DNA from: Azolla caroliniana
Lineage: Eukaryota > Plantae > Polypodiophyta
Assembly: GCA_043228905.1 (NCBI GenBank)
Contig: JBHGNT010000005.1
Location: 21,514,001 to 21,578,000, forward strand
Direction: 5' to 3'
Length of the DNA stretch: 64,000 nucleotides
Made by a program: the position numbers and the translations under genes. Within the stretch, counting starts at the first letter, position 1. Each line of letters opens with the position of its first letter. Under the pieces are notes generated by a model. The model was not told where the DNA came from and made no database searches. It saw nothing but the letters and a program-made list of their open reading frames with translations. This document shows, one piece after another, positions 24,527 through 37,176 of the stretch.

Positions 24527-27271
24527 TTATATATGAGAACCATCACTTCTTAGAGATACGCCTTCCCCTTCTAACCCAACCGATGAACTAGAAGAGCTTT
24601 GGGAGGTCTCATCCTCATCGTCACTAGCAACCAATGCATTGTCTTCATCCGATTGCAATCCAAGGTCACCGTGATTATGCGACACACTCCTTGTACATCT
24701 TTGTGTTGCATCATCAGGCACATTTGGGATCTTCTCTTTTATTATCTTGATTGTAGTCTGTCGTAGATAGCTTGTTTTGGTCAAGGAGAAGTCATACACG
24801 AGTATGTCAACATTATCAAGTGCTAGAGTAGACGTGCTTGGTAGATTCTTTCTTCTCCTCTTTTTGCTTGAGCCTTTGACATCCTTAACCATCTCTAAAG
24901 AGTACTTCCCAGTAAATGCATCTTTGGAAGAGTTATGATACCAATGAACCACAATAGATTTTACTTGATTGCCTTCATCACCCTTAATAATTTCAATGAT
25001 TTTGGCAATCCAGAAGCGATGGCCCAACTTATCACCCCCTAGCTAATGTTGCAATCAACATACCAACTTGTAGCTCATGTAGATTACCTTGCCACCTCGC
25101 CTTTGCAACATGCGATAATCTTGGTCCCACGTAAATATCTCTTTGTCGTGGATGAACTAGATTATTTAATTCAAGATTATCTAGTGGTTGTAAAGGAGTC
25201 ATGCTCGCCATTGATGAGCCACCATTATTCCTTTCGAATTGATTTTGTAGTGGCCACTACCCTGTAAAGTGGTTTTCTAATATTGTATGTTGATGATTAA
25301 AGAAGACTCCCACCAATCCACATTATCATCACCAGCATACTTTTTTGTTCGCTCAATATTTTTCTGTTTTTCCTCAAGGCACCGCATCCAATATATCTTT
25401 TGCTCTTCAATTGAACTACCAACAACCAATCTTTTATGGTCGTCATAGGGCTTTTGCTCAGCACCATAGATTACTACATCTGGGAAATACAATAAGAGCC
25501 TACATCCGTCTTGTGGCTCCCATTGTGAACTAGATGAGTATTGTTTGGCATACAACATGGTCTGGTTGTGACCAACTACACTTTTTTGGATAAGGAAGAC
25601 ATGGTTAAAACTAATATTATTAAGTAGAGGAAGAACCCTACATCCAATCCCATCACCATCCACACAAAAGTGTTTGAAATCATATACTTCATCTAAATGT
25701 TGCACATCTGGCTTGGGGGTATAAGCTTCAACGATCAACTTTGATAGCATAGGAAGTGTGCAAGCATCACACCTCGCTAATTTCTTGGAGAACCTACTGA
25801 ACATTTGATCTATATGATCATGTGTATGAACAACTAGCAAGAAGTTAACCTTAATCTTTTTGAAAATACCCTTCTCTACTAACATGCTCAAATAACCAAA
25901 CACAATTGAGTTCTTGTTTTCTCTCCCCTTGTTGTCAAGTTGCACGTATAGTATTGGTGGGAGTAAACCTTGCCAACTCTGTAGAACTCTTTGCATGACT
26001 GTCATTGTAAGATTAGGATCGATGTGGATATTTGGATAAGTTAGGAACACTTGAGGCCTTATTGTCTTACAATACAAAAGACATCCTACTAAGTGCATTT
26101 GCACTAGGCATTCATCTCCAATATCCTTGGGCAACCTTCAAAAATGAGGCAAACAAGTTTTCTTTTGATCCATCCCATCTATAATCACGCACATGTATCT
26201 TTTTGGCGATTGAAGCGCGTTTTGACGATGGTGCATAGCCTTAGATCTTTCCAATGCTTGGCTTTCTTGATGTTCTCTCAATAAATTATTATATTTTGTT
26301 ATTTCTTCATCTGTTGTTCCACTCTTTGCCAAGCTTTTTGAACTCGCACATATCGAACAAACACCCATCCAGACCTTACGGGGTATGACCACATTGTTAA
26401 ACTTCGATCTCCATAAATGATTAAAATGCGGAGATTGTATGTAAGGTACACTTTCCAATAACATGTCATCCTTACACACTTGGTAAAGCTTACGACGAGT
26501 GAAGTTATTTGACAAATGTAACCTTCCAGTGGTCGGCATAACATCACATTGCTTCAAGAAATAAATCTCCATCTATCTAATAGCATGTCGCTCAATCAGA
26601 CCCTTACATGCAGATTCTATATTGTTGAAAGGCACCCACCACCCCTTCAGTAATCGACGTTGAATTCTCTGTAGCCTCATGTTCCCGATGCTATAAGCAA
26701 TTTTAAAGGCAACTTGACAACTCTTCATAGTAAGTGAAAGGTAATATTCCACCTGCTGAGAACACGACACTGTCAAATGGTCCTTAAAAGTTGCATATGT
26801 GAAACCAAGAATGTATCTTGTTCATTGTCATTAAGAGACAAATACTTATGTCGCAACCCCCTCAAGTTTTCCTTTCCAAATTTTGATAGGCAAAGGCTCC
26901 CACAACATACCTTGCATATGTCAATTGAAATTTTTCGATTTGAACACAAAAAATTATATCGTTTAACACACTTGTCGAGGAACTCTTTGAAAATTTAGAG
27001 GCTTATTGACACAGTCGTCGTCAACATTCGATAAACTAGACTCGTCATGAGTTGTATCTACTTTAATATATCTTATTTCACCTAAGATCAATGGCTCTAT
27101 CGGAAAAATTGACGTCGAGCTTTGCTCTTGATCGTAAATGGACTTTAAATGGCACCGTTTATTATTAACATGCCTATATTCCTCGATTGAGAATAACGAG
27201 TTATTAGATAATATAATAGGCTCAATAGAAAAGAGAGAAATTTCACTTGAGTTTGAGGGCATTTTGATCAA
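24527..27271 (-). pseudogene. DDD-type transposase (Sola-like/DUF7869-type) with C-terminal Tudor/BAH-like beta-barrel, disrupted
   Basis: Motifs CSIC, IIDGMDQKKTCLPHF, LYVQLDNKGRENKN, FLLVVHTHDHIDQMFS, and C-terminal ELQVGMLIA...HRFWIAKI...IVVHWY with an acidic tail. Split across ORFs 26963-27271, 26573-26776, 26138-26572, 25277-26134 and 24527-25027. Confidence 0.75.
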
Positions 27272-28580
27272 GGCTAAGTAAGAACAAAAATGTCCAAAAT
27301 AGGCTCAAGTTTGGTTCTATAATGAGCACCATGTCCAAAAACATTTTATTTTTTTAAAACAAGATTTTTAAAAATTTTAAAAATATATTTAAAAATAAAT
27401 AAATATATAAAGGGAAGTCATCTTCTATTTCTCATTATCACGTTCAAGCAATAGAAGAGCATAGGAGCACACACCAACCAAAGTCTTCGAGTTTTCGCCT
27501 CCCCAGTCAAGTCGACACCACCGTCAGCAACATGATCAAAGGAAAAAAGATTGCTAGGTATGTTTTCTAAAATAAATTATTAGATTCTTCAAAGATTCCT
27601 TCCATAAAGATTCTTTCTTTTTTGTTCAAATTTTGCTTCCAAAATTCGATAGTTTCTATCGAGGTCTCATATTTTCAACAAGAGTGCATCGAGTTCTTGT
27701 TGAAAGAGAACTCACTCTTTCAACAGTGCATCGAGTCCCCGTTGAAAACAATACGGTTTCAACGGGAACTCGATTGCATCGAATTCCCGTTGAAAGAAGG
27801 GCTTTTCATGATCAATATACTAGAATTGGTCAAAGTTTTGCTATTTTTTTGTCTATTTCCTCAAAATTTTTACGTAACCTTCTATACAAAAATGTCTGAT
27901 TTTTGCTAAGCTTTACCTTAGTTCTAAGGTTTACATTGTTTATTTTTAAGATTATTGTTATATCATTGTGTTATTACTTGCTATTTTTAGTGAGCCACGA
28001 CAGAAGGTGCCATCCTTGAAATTAAAAATTCCATCCCCAACAAAAAGCCCTTCTGACACCATGCTAAAAGCCGACTCTCGCAAAACGTTTATTGAGTCAG
28101 GAGGTGACGGGACATCAAAGTCTTCTATCGGTAACACGAAGACTTCAGGTGACAAGAGTGGGGAGCCTCGCCTGAAGAGCTACCCTGATGTCGAGTGGAC
28201 ATTGATCTACATGGAGGAAGAAGGAGACATGCTCCTTATTTTTGCAAAATCTGAAGGTGAAGGCAAGTTGCAGGTGGGGAAGACCTTCACTTACGACTAC
28301 GTTAGGAAAATCGAATATGAAGATAACGACTCATCGAACCTCTTGTTCGATGTTGATAGCTCAATGGGGGTTCGTAGAGTTAAGATAGATGAACGAAATT
28401 TCGTAACTGACTCCTCCCACCCTAAAGCCTTAAAAAAAGATGTTCAAACTAAAAACAATTCGATTGTTGCTTTGCGTCCTTATATTAAGGGAGAGCTAAT
28501 CATTGTGCAAGCAACCAACCCACCAAAGTTTGCCAAGAAATCGAAACCCAAACATAAGAAGTACAAGAAAAGGCAACAAC

Positions 28581-28886
28581 TATCATAATATGGCAAGACT
28601 CAAACCCATGACCTTATGTTACATGGGTCGAGCTCTTAACCATTAGACTATATGTGGTAATAAACAGGATATTATTTTCATTTAAGTTTTACTATAGAAA
28701 ATTGATGTAGATTCTAGATTTCTTTGGAACATTCTAGAAACTTCAGGAGTACTCTTGAGAACACTATAAAAGGAGGCACAAGGCATTATTTTGAACCAAA
28801 TCGGTTCAACACTAGTCTTAAGCCTCCTAGCTACTATTGTATATTCCCTTAACATAATATATATCTTTTGTTATCATCATTCTCTT

Positions 28887-28937
<51 letters not shown>

Positions 28938-31900
28938 TTCATTCTCTCGAGAGTTCTACACCTCCTGTACTACTAATCCTCATCTTTTATTACTAATTCT
29001 CTTAGTACTATTCTTGATAGTTTGAACTGATTTCAGTCTCCTTCCTTCTCTTCCTTTATCTTCTTACTTCTCCCTCCCTTCATACTAATCTCTTATTCCT
29101 CTTTTCTCTCATACTATGGCCACTGTTAGCGCTCATGAATATCAATCCATTTTCTTGGAGTTGCAATGCTTGAAAGAGAAGTTTCTCGCATTGGAACAAG
29201 AAAATCAACGACTGTTGGGGGAGCTTCAACAAATCTCCTTAGAGAAGTAGCAAACACAACAACAACATGGGGAAATAACGTTACGCGCGCAACAACTCGA
29301 AGCAACCATAGTAGCGATGCAACAACAAGGACCCAATACGCAAGGGATTAATAAAGATCCCAAGATACTACACGTCGTTGCGGACCATTATCGGAAGAAG
29401 AAAAGCAGTGACGCTGAGCAAATTGACTATGTCTTTATTGCGGTGGACTAGGGCATATTGCACTGAACTGTACCCATAGGCCAAGAAGATAGGTCAACCA
29501 AATAGTTTCTAGTTCTAATTGTACTAAACCCGAGTCTATTTCAGTAGGAATATCTGATAGTCCTAATAGTACTAATAGCCCAAATCTATCGAACAAATTT
29601 GATGTCCTTAGTCAGTTAGAAGAAGAGTTAAACGACTAAGTCCAGCAAATATAGGAGTCGTTTGGTTGGACATCCCTAGATCTGTGCAACCCATTAGTGG
29701 TTCCATTCCCTCTAAGCAAGTTAGCAATGTGTTCTTAGCCCAAGTAACAATTAGTACTAAATGTACCTCTCTAGTACATGTCTCAGCACTCCTAGATTCC
29801 GGAGCTAATTCTTGCTTCATGGATAGGAATTTTACCCAAGCTCATCAGATATCCCTTAGAAAACTCCCGTGTCCAGCCTCTATTGTAGTCATTGATGGTC
29901 ATCCCATTGCTTTCGGAAATATCATAGAAGAGTCAGATCCCGTTAATATTGTCCTAGATAATTTAGTGTGTGTAGTATCCTTTAATATAATTAATATCCC
30001 AGAACATCCCATTATTTTGGGATTACCATGGTTCGAATTACATAACCCAAACATAGATTGGAGAACAAGAGACCGGTATCGACAAACCCGAGGATCTACT
30101 CATAAGATTGCAACCATTTCGCTACATCAATTGCGTGAGGAAGGACACAAGGAAGAAATGTTTGTGTTCGCAGTATTATTAAAACCCTCCAACACAACTA
30201 AAAAGGAGTCCACTGTTCAACTTCCAGAGAAGTATCGTCACTATGCCGATGTGTTCGATAAAGTACAAGCCAATACACTTCCTCACCATCAACCGTATGA
30301 TTGCCCCATCTATTTACAACCGGGAAAAGAGCCACCATGGGGACCGATCTACAATTTGTCAGCAATCAAGCTAGAAGTTCTTCGAGCCTATATAGAGGAG
30401 AATTTGGCAAATGGTTTCATTCAACATTCGAAAGCTCCAGCCGGCGCACCCATTTTCTTCGTCAAGAAAAAGGATGGATCACTTTGTCTCGCCGTAGATT
30501 ACCGTGTCTTGAATAAGGTCACCATCAGGAATAGGTATGCACTTCCTCTTATCTCAAGTCTTTTAGAATGGATCAATGGTGCAAGGTTCTTCACAAAGAT
30601 CGACTTACAAGGAGCATATAACCTCGTACGAATCCAACTAGGAGATGAATGGAAGACCACGTTTCGCACCAGATATGGGCATTTCGAGTATATTGTCATG
30701 CCATTCGGCCTCACTAATGCCCCAACAGTCTTCAACCACATGGAAAATGATATATTCTAAGATCTCCTGGATGTTTTTATGATCATCTATTTGGATGATC
30801 TACTGGTTTATTCGAAGACCCAAGAAGAGCATGATTCTCATGTACTGTTAGTACTAAAACAACTTCGAGAACATTGTCTTTATGCAAACTTGGAAAAATG
30901 TAATTTTGAGTGCAACCAGGTAGAATTTCTAGGCTATGTCATTTCCTCGGAAGGCATCTCCATGGATGTAGCTAAGGTCAAAACGGTGGTAGAGTGGCAG
31001 ACTCCGCGTTCGTTGCGAAATGTGCAATGCTTTTTAGGCTTTGCCAATTTCTATCGCAGGTTTATACAAGATTACTCAAAGCTTGTTCTGCCTCTCACAC
31101 ATCTTACCAGGAAGGGACAATCGTTCGTTTGGTCTGAAGAAGCAGACATGGCTTTTGAGAGTCTTAAGAAGGCATTTACATCAGCTCCTATTCTGGCTCA
31201 TGTTGAACGTGAAAAACCATTCATCATCGAAGCAAACACATCGGTTTTCGCCTTGGGTAGCAGTCTGTCACAACAAGGCGATGATAAAAAGCTCCATCCT
31301 GTGGCTTTCCACTCACGCAAGTTTGACGCCGCCGAAATCAACTATGAAATTCATGATAAGGAGCTATTAGCAATAATGGACTCTTTTATGCAATGGAGGT
31401 ATTTTCTAGAGGGATCTTCTAATCAAGTCATCGTATTCAGTGATCACAAAAACCTTGCCTACTTTCAGAATGCTCGTGTGTTAAATCGACGTCAAGCTCG
31501 GTGGGCCCAATTCCTCACAGTTTCGACTTCAAAATTACATATCGTCCAGGGAAGCAACAAGGGAAGGTAGATACATTATCACAGTGCTCGTATCTAGCAC
31601 CGTGTCCTGGCGAGCCAACTTTCGATAACCAAAAAGCAAGTAATCCTAGGACCGACACGACTGCAAGCAACGCAGGTCTTCGGTATGCCCTTCGATTCCC
31701 AAGTTATCGATACCATATGTGAGGACTTGAAGAAAGATGCTTTCACCCAAGCCATTCTAGCACAAATTGATCCCTCTCGAGCATCTTGTTCACAGTCGCA
31801 ACAACTAGGTACGGATTATCGTCAATTTGAATGCCATGATGGATTACTATTCTTTAAGAAACTCTTGTATGTTCCTAGTGGTTCTTGTCGCCTTCGAGTA

Positions 31901-33685
31901 CTCCGAAGCTATCATGACACATATACAACTGGGCATTTTGGTAGTACTAAAATGTTAGATTTAGTACAACGATCATTCTAGTGGCCCCATTATGCGACAA
32001 TTTGTCGAAGATTTTGTTCGAACTTGTGATACATGTTGTAGAGTAAAAATGCCAAGGCATCATCCATATGGTTTATTAGAACCATTACCAATTCCAAGCA
32101 AGCCGTGGCAATCCATTGCTCTAGATTTCATCACAGATCTTCCGGTCTCTAAGGGCTTCGATGCGATCTTAACAGTAGTAGATCGATATACGAAGATGGC
32201 CCATTTCCTACCATGTAGTAAGGAAATCTCCAGTGAGGAAACCGCCGAGACTGTCCTGCGTGAAGTATGTCGGCATCATGGCCTTCCCGATAGTATCATC
32301 AGCGACTGTGGACCCCTGTTCGTCTCGAAATTCTGGAAGCACCTCTTTAAAATGCTCAAAGTCACTTGTAACCTCTCCTCCGGCTACCACCCACAAACAG
32401 AAGGCCAAGCAGAACGAACAAATCAAACGTTGGAGCAGTATCTTTGGTGCTTTCTATGCTATCATCAAGATGACTGGGCGGATATTCTCCACTTCGCCGA
32501 ATTTGCGTATAATAACTCTGTCCACTCATTGATAAAGGTTACACCATTTTATGCTTATACGGGCTGTCACCCCCAGTGGTGTGTATTTGAAACCCCAAAG
32601 TTACCCACAAATCCTTGTGTAGAGGATCGTTTGGAGCGGTTACGCAAGATACAAGCAGATTTATCTATTCATCTAAAGCAAGCTCAACAAACACACAAGG
32701 TTTACGCGAATTGTCATGATCGGCTTCCATCCAATTTTAACATTGGAGATCGGGTATGGTCACTACGACGACACATCAAGACTACTTGTCCATGCGAGAA
32801 GTTGGATTATTGATGATTAGGCCCTTTCCGTATTATCGGAAAAATTAATGATGTCACTTTTCGTCTCGATCTACCTCCACAACTTCGGATACAGACTTTG
32901 GTGTTTCATAGTTCTCTCCTCGAACCCTCTCAAGAGAGCATCATCCCAGTTCGTATTAAACAACCTCCACCCCCGATCGAACTTGAAGATGGACCTGAGT
33001 ACGAGGTTGTCGTCATCCTTGATTCCAAGATTGTTCGCAACAAGCTCTACTATTTAGTCGATTGGCTAGGATATAGTCTGAATGAGCGTACTTGGAACCA
33101 ATAGAGAATGTGACCAATGCTCGTGCTCTTCTTGAAGACATCCATCGTCAATATCCAGAAAAACCGGGTCCTCAATCCAAAACGACTCGTGAAACTCGTC
33201 GTTTTAAAAGGGGGATAGTGTCATGTTGATATGGTAAAACTTGAACCCATGACCTTATGTTATATGGGTCGAGCACTTGACCATTAGACTAGATGTTATA
33301 ATACGAAAAATATTATTTTCATTTAAATTTTACTATAGAAAATTGATGTATATTCCAAATTTCTCTAGAACATTCTAGAAACTTCAGGAGTACTCCTGAG
33401 AACACTATAAAAGGAGGCATAAGACATTATTTCGAACCAAATGAGTTCAACGCCAGTCTTAAGCCTCCTAGCTACTATTGTATATTCTCTTAACATAATA
33501 TATATCTTTTGTTATCATCCTTCTCTCTCACTCTCTCTCTCACTCTCACACAGACACACACTCTTTCCTTCTCTTGAGAGTTCTACACCTCCCTTAGTAC
33601 TAATCCTCATCTTTTAGTACTAATGCCTTCTCTGTCTTAGTACTGTTCCTGACAATACTTCTCTGTCTTAGTACTGTTCTTGATA
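28581..33685 (+). mobile_element. Ty3/gypsy chromovirus (Tcn1-like), decayed, inserted in the MTase gene
   Basis: LTRs about 28581-29019 and 33219-33685. PPT AAAAGGGGGATAG at 33206-33218. TSD ACAAC/GCAAC. Carries a chromodomain and lacks a tRNA-type PBS. Confidence 0.9.
29116..33160 (+). pseudogene. Tcn1-like gag (internally deleted) and pol PR-RT-RH-INT-chromodomain
   Basis: LCLYCGGLGHIALNC knuckle, ALLDSGA, PIFFVKKKDGSL, YLDD, FLGFANFYRRFI, YEIHDKELLAI, WQSIALDFITDLP, YHPQTEGQAER, EYEVVVILDSK..YYLVDWLGY..ERTW. Confidence 0.9.
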
Positions 33686-36509
33686 GCAACTAGAAGAGGA
33701 CAAGCTCGAGCTCCTCAAGTTCGTAGAAGATGAGGAGGAAGAAGCCGAGCTCAAAGTTATTCCTCCAGTGGGCCACATTGCATCGGGGATACTTACCTCA
33801 GAGCAGAATTGGATAAGAGAAAACATTGTAAAGACGAAGTTTGTCCATAAAGGACAACTATTTCACTTGCTGATCTGCTCTATTCAGAGGCCACCTATTG
33901 ATCTTGAAATAGGAAGACGGGCTCAAGAGATCAGAGAGACACATTCAGTGAATGTGCAAAACTTAAAAAGCAAAATGAAGATTAATCCACATGCGACTGT
34001 AGTGCAATTCTTAGTAGTGGTCGACCTAGTCAATGCCCAACTGTTGCTGACTTCAAGTACAATTCGGTTGATGACTACACGTACTATGTGATTGGTGGAT
34101 CCCACTCTATTGAAGCCTGAAGTCAGCTGGTGAAGGAGTATCCTCTTACCCTATTCTTCAAGTATGCAGAATGTAAAGTGTATGTTGGCCTTACACATGA
34201 AGAAGCCAAGTTGTTAGCTTGGGATCATAACAACGATAATGACTATAGACAGAAGATGTCATGTATCGAGCGCATTAGGTTCTTCCATCACGAGTACCTT
34301 GATGCGTTGCAAAAATTTGGTCCTCGGTTGCATCCTGGATTGCGATGACAATGTTTGCTTGAAGTGGGGATAGCATTTGACCAAAGCACTAAGTTTGAAG
34401 GCCTGAGAAAATATGACTCATGGTTTCAACTTGCGTTTAGAACAGGGGAGATGTGGGACCTCCAAGATCGCATTTTTAGTATGTGGGAGCAGAAAGAAAT
34501 AAAGGGTCAAAAATCAAAGAAGGCTAAGCTCGATCCACAGGTGGAGATAAAATCTAAGTCACATAAAAGTGACTTAGTATTTGATGAGTTAGCTGAACAT
34601 ATGAAGTTGCTTCCTTGGTAGTCATTGCAAGGAATTAAAGATGATAGATTATTAATATATGTATTATCAAGAGTGACCGCCAAGGAGTTCAGCCTTTGAC
34701 GAAAAGGTGATAGAGTTTCAAAAGTGAGTAATCTATGTGCATGTATCATTTTAATTAGATTGATTTGTTGTTTTGCTCTTGATTCTAATCTTAGTTTCTT
34801 TTGTTTTTTAGCCATATGGTTTATATGAAGATACAAGAGCTGATGATGAAAAAGTTGTCCTTGCCTACATGGGAAGAAGTGGAGCAATCATGCGCAAAAA
34901 CATCATCGTACAAGGCTCTTGAAGAATTCTTTATCGTGTTTAGAGAATGGGTATGTATGTTTTACAACTATTAATTGATTTTAGGATAATGGGTTTCTTC
35001 TTACAAAATTTATAATTACAGAAACCACCTCGTTCAAAGAAAACGAGTGACAGCAATGAAGGCATACCAAGTGCCTTCGTCACCCATTTGGAATTTGAGT
35101 TAAATATTAGAAACGAATGACAAAAGGAAAGGAGCTCGAGCTGCTTGAGGACTCAGATACTATAAAAAGCTTTTTGCACAAGAGTGATCCTTTCCGACAA
35201 TTGTACTATAATGTATATAATGGCGATGTGGGTAATATGCTTGATATATTACCCAAGAGACATTATACATTGCTCGTGGCAGATATATTGTATGGATTCC
35301 AAATATCAAGCTCTACACTCGATTATGTTCCATACAAATATCCGCAAATAGAGAAGATGGTTAAAGACTTTGCGGAGCTGACCCTGGCACCATTATGGAG
35401 AATCGTTATATTTCACAGTATGGGTCAGGCTTTATTGGTCACTACTGCATTAAGGTCGAGATGCCATGCCACCAAACATATGCATTGGTAAGCATTATGT
35501 TACTATATATTTAATGTTTGGATTCTATGGTGCTTACTACATATATATTAACTTGTTTCGATTCAATTATAAAATAGGGTTAAAACGAACATAACTCGTA
35601 CCCCGGGTGATCGAATGGTGAGCGCTATGGAGCACTTTTGCGTGGGCTATTATGATGCTATTTCTAAGAAGAAGGCTCAGGCACATGTTAATGAGCGGAA
35701 CATTGTCAACTATATCATGTGTCTAGCTATAATGAAGAAACTGTGCCACGTGTCTCGCGATAAGAGTCTTTTAAACCCATATCAAAATCCCCAACGATTG
35801 ATTAATTGATTGGTCGAGTTGTTCTCGAAACTTCATGATTGGGTGCTCGACTTATTTTCTGGAATAGGTAATCTCATAAGTGTAATCAAATTTTTTTTTA
35901 AATGAAATATTATTTCTTGTCTTTGTTTTCTTACTTTTGCATGTGTGATTGTTATTTATGAACAATGATTGCGTGCGCTCTCAAATTTTTTGGGAACTAC
36001 GTCTCATTAGAGAAGGACCCTGACCAAGTCAATTTTATTAAGATGAGGATCCAAGGCATCTGGGATTGTCCCGACCAGGACCAAGAAGTTGGGGCAAAGC
36101 ATATCAACAAAACTGAGATGTTTCAACTGGCCTCCAAAGAGTCAATGGAACCTATAGACGAGGAAGGAAGCGACCTTGTCGACCTTGAACATGCACCGAG
36201 TTCTGATCAAATACAAGATTCAGCTGAGGAGACAGAACATGTAGATGCAACACACTTGTCAGCTGATCTTGGAGAGGAGCTTGTTCCAGACCTCCTAATG
36301 GAGTGATTGTATATTACTTTTTATTTGTAACTAAAAACTCGTAACACTAAACTTGTTTTGGAATATAAGATTTTTTTGTTTGAGTACCATTTCTTTACAC
36401 TATGTGATTTTGTGCAAACTTTGCTCGAAGAGTCGTGATCAACAAAAGCCACCGGACCCACAAAAGAGGCAACGAGCCCTTGCTCGAGAAGTGGTCTTGT
36501 CGTCAAGCA

Positions 36510-36920
36510 TGTCATAATGACACTCACATCATGCCTCGAAAAGATTTGAACCCATGACCTTGTTGTACACATGTCAAATCCTTAACCATTGTATTAATAT
36601 TCTTATATGCATAGCATTTAGAATATATAATTTAATGTCATAGGAATATTGTATATTACTCTACATTCTAGAATAACCTAGAATATTCTAGAGTGTTCTA
36701 TACACTAGAACCTTCTAGATTACTCTACATTCTAGGATGACCTAGATTATTCTAGAGTGTTCTCTATTACTTATAAATAGGGATCTATCAATCATCCCAA
36801 ACCTAAATTGGTTCAACGCCATTTTGTAGCACTCTATTTCCTACTCCTTGTAATCCATTTTACTCTGCAATACAATATTTCCCTTTCTCTCTCTCTTTCG
36901 CTTTCTTTCTCTTGTTTTTT
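36510..36920 (+). mobile_element. 5' part of a Tcn1-related LTR (truncated at a CT microsatellite)
   Basis: TGTCAT start. GAACCCATGACCTT..TAACCATT, TATAAATAG and GGTTCAACGCCA motifs are shared with the LTRs at 28581 and 33219. Confidence 0.65.
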
Positions 36921-36926
36921 TATTTA

Positions 36927-37128
36927 TCATAATTACCTTACCCTAGTGGTGAGTTGTTAGCACTACAAGCACTGCCTTGTGGGTTCGAAACCCAACTTCC
37001 TCTCCTCTCTATTATATACTTCTTATATATCTCTTAATTCACTAGATGCCACTATGGAATGTAGGGGTTGAACCCATGACCACCTGGTCTCCATTGGGCA
37101 ACCTTACCAACTGAGCTACATCCATCTA

Positions 37129-37129
<1 letters not shown>
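36927..37129 (-). repeat. Third copy (inverted) of the bipartite tRNA-derived repeat
   Basis: Reverse complement matches 21971-22180; flanked by (CT)n. Confidence 0.75.

Positions 37130-37130
<1 letters not shown>

Positions 37131-37176
<46 letters not shown>

Larger units (their letters stand above)
27532..36306 (+). pseudogene. Intron-containing gene encoding a ParB-like domain plus beta-class (N6A/N4C) DNA methyltransferase, copy 2
   Basis: Predicted exons 27532-27557, 27991-34723 (excluding the gypsy insertion 28581-33690; rejoining keeps the frame), 34812-34950, 35022-35487, 35578-35867 and about 35960-36306. Motifs YVIGGSHS, VYNGDVGNMLDILPKRHYTLLVADILYG, W-VKTN, YQNPQRLIN*LVELFSKLHDWVLDLFSGIG, TMIACALKFFGNYVSLEKD. 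Stops, frameshifts and a mutated last acceptor are present. Confidence 0.78.
24135..36509. mobile_element. Putative two-gene DNA transposon (Sola-like transposase plus ParB-MTase), right end lost, interrupted by a Tcn1-like gypsy element
   Basis: Divergent transposase and MTase genes separated by a short AT-rich spacer. Sharp left junction interrupts MTase copy 1 at 24134/24135. No matching right TIR was found, so the boundaries are inferred. Confidence 0.55.

Noticed and set aside
21971-37129. Inverted tRNA-like repeats as TIRs of one 15-kb transposon
   Set aside because: No TSD, an extra tandem copy on the left, and the right copy sits inside an LTR microsatellite; better explained as independent insertions.
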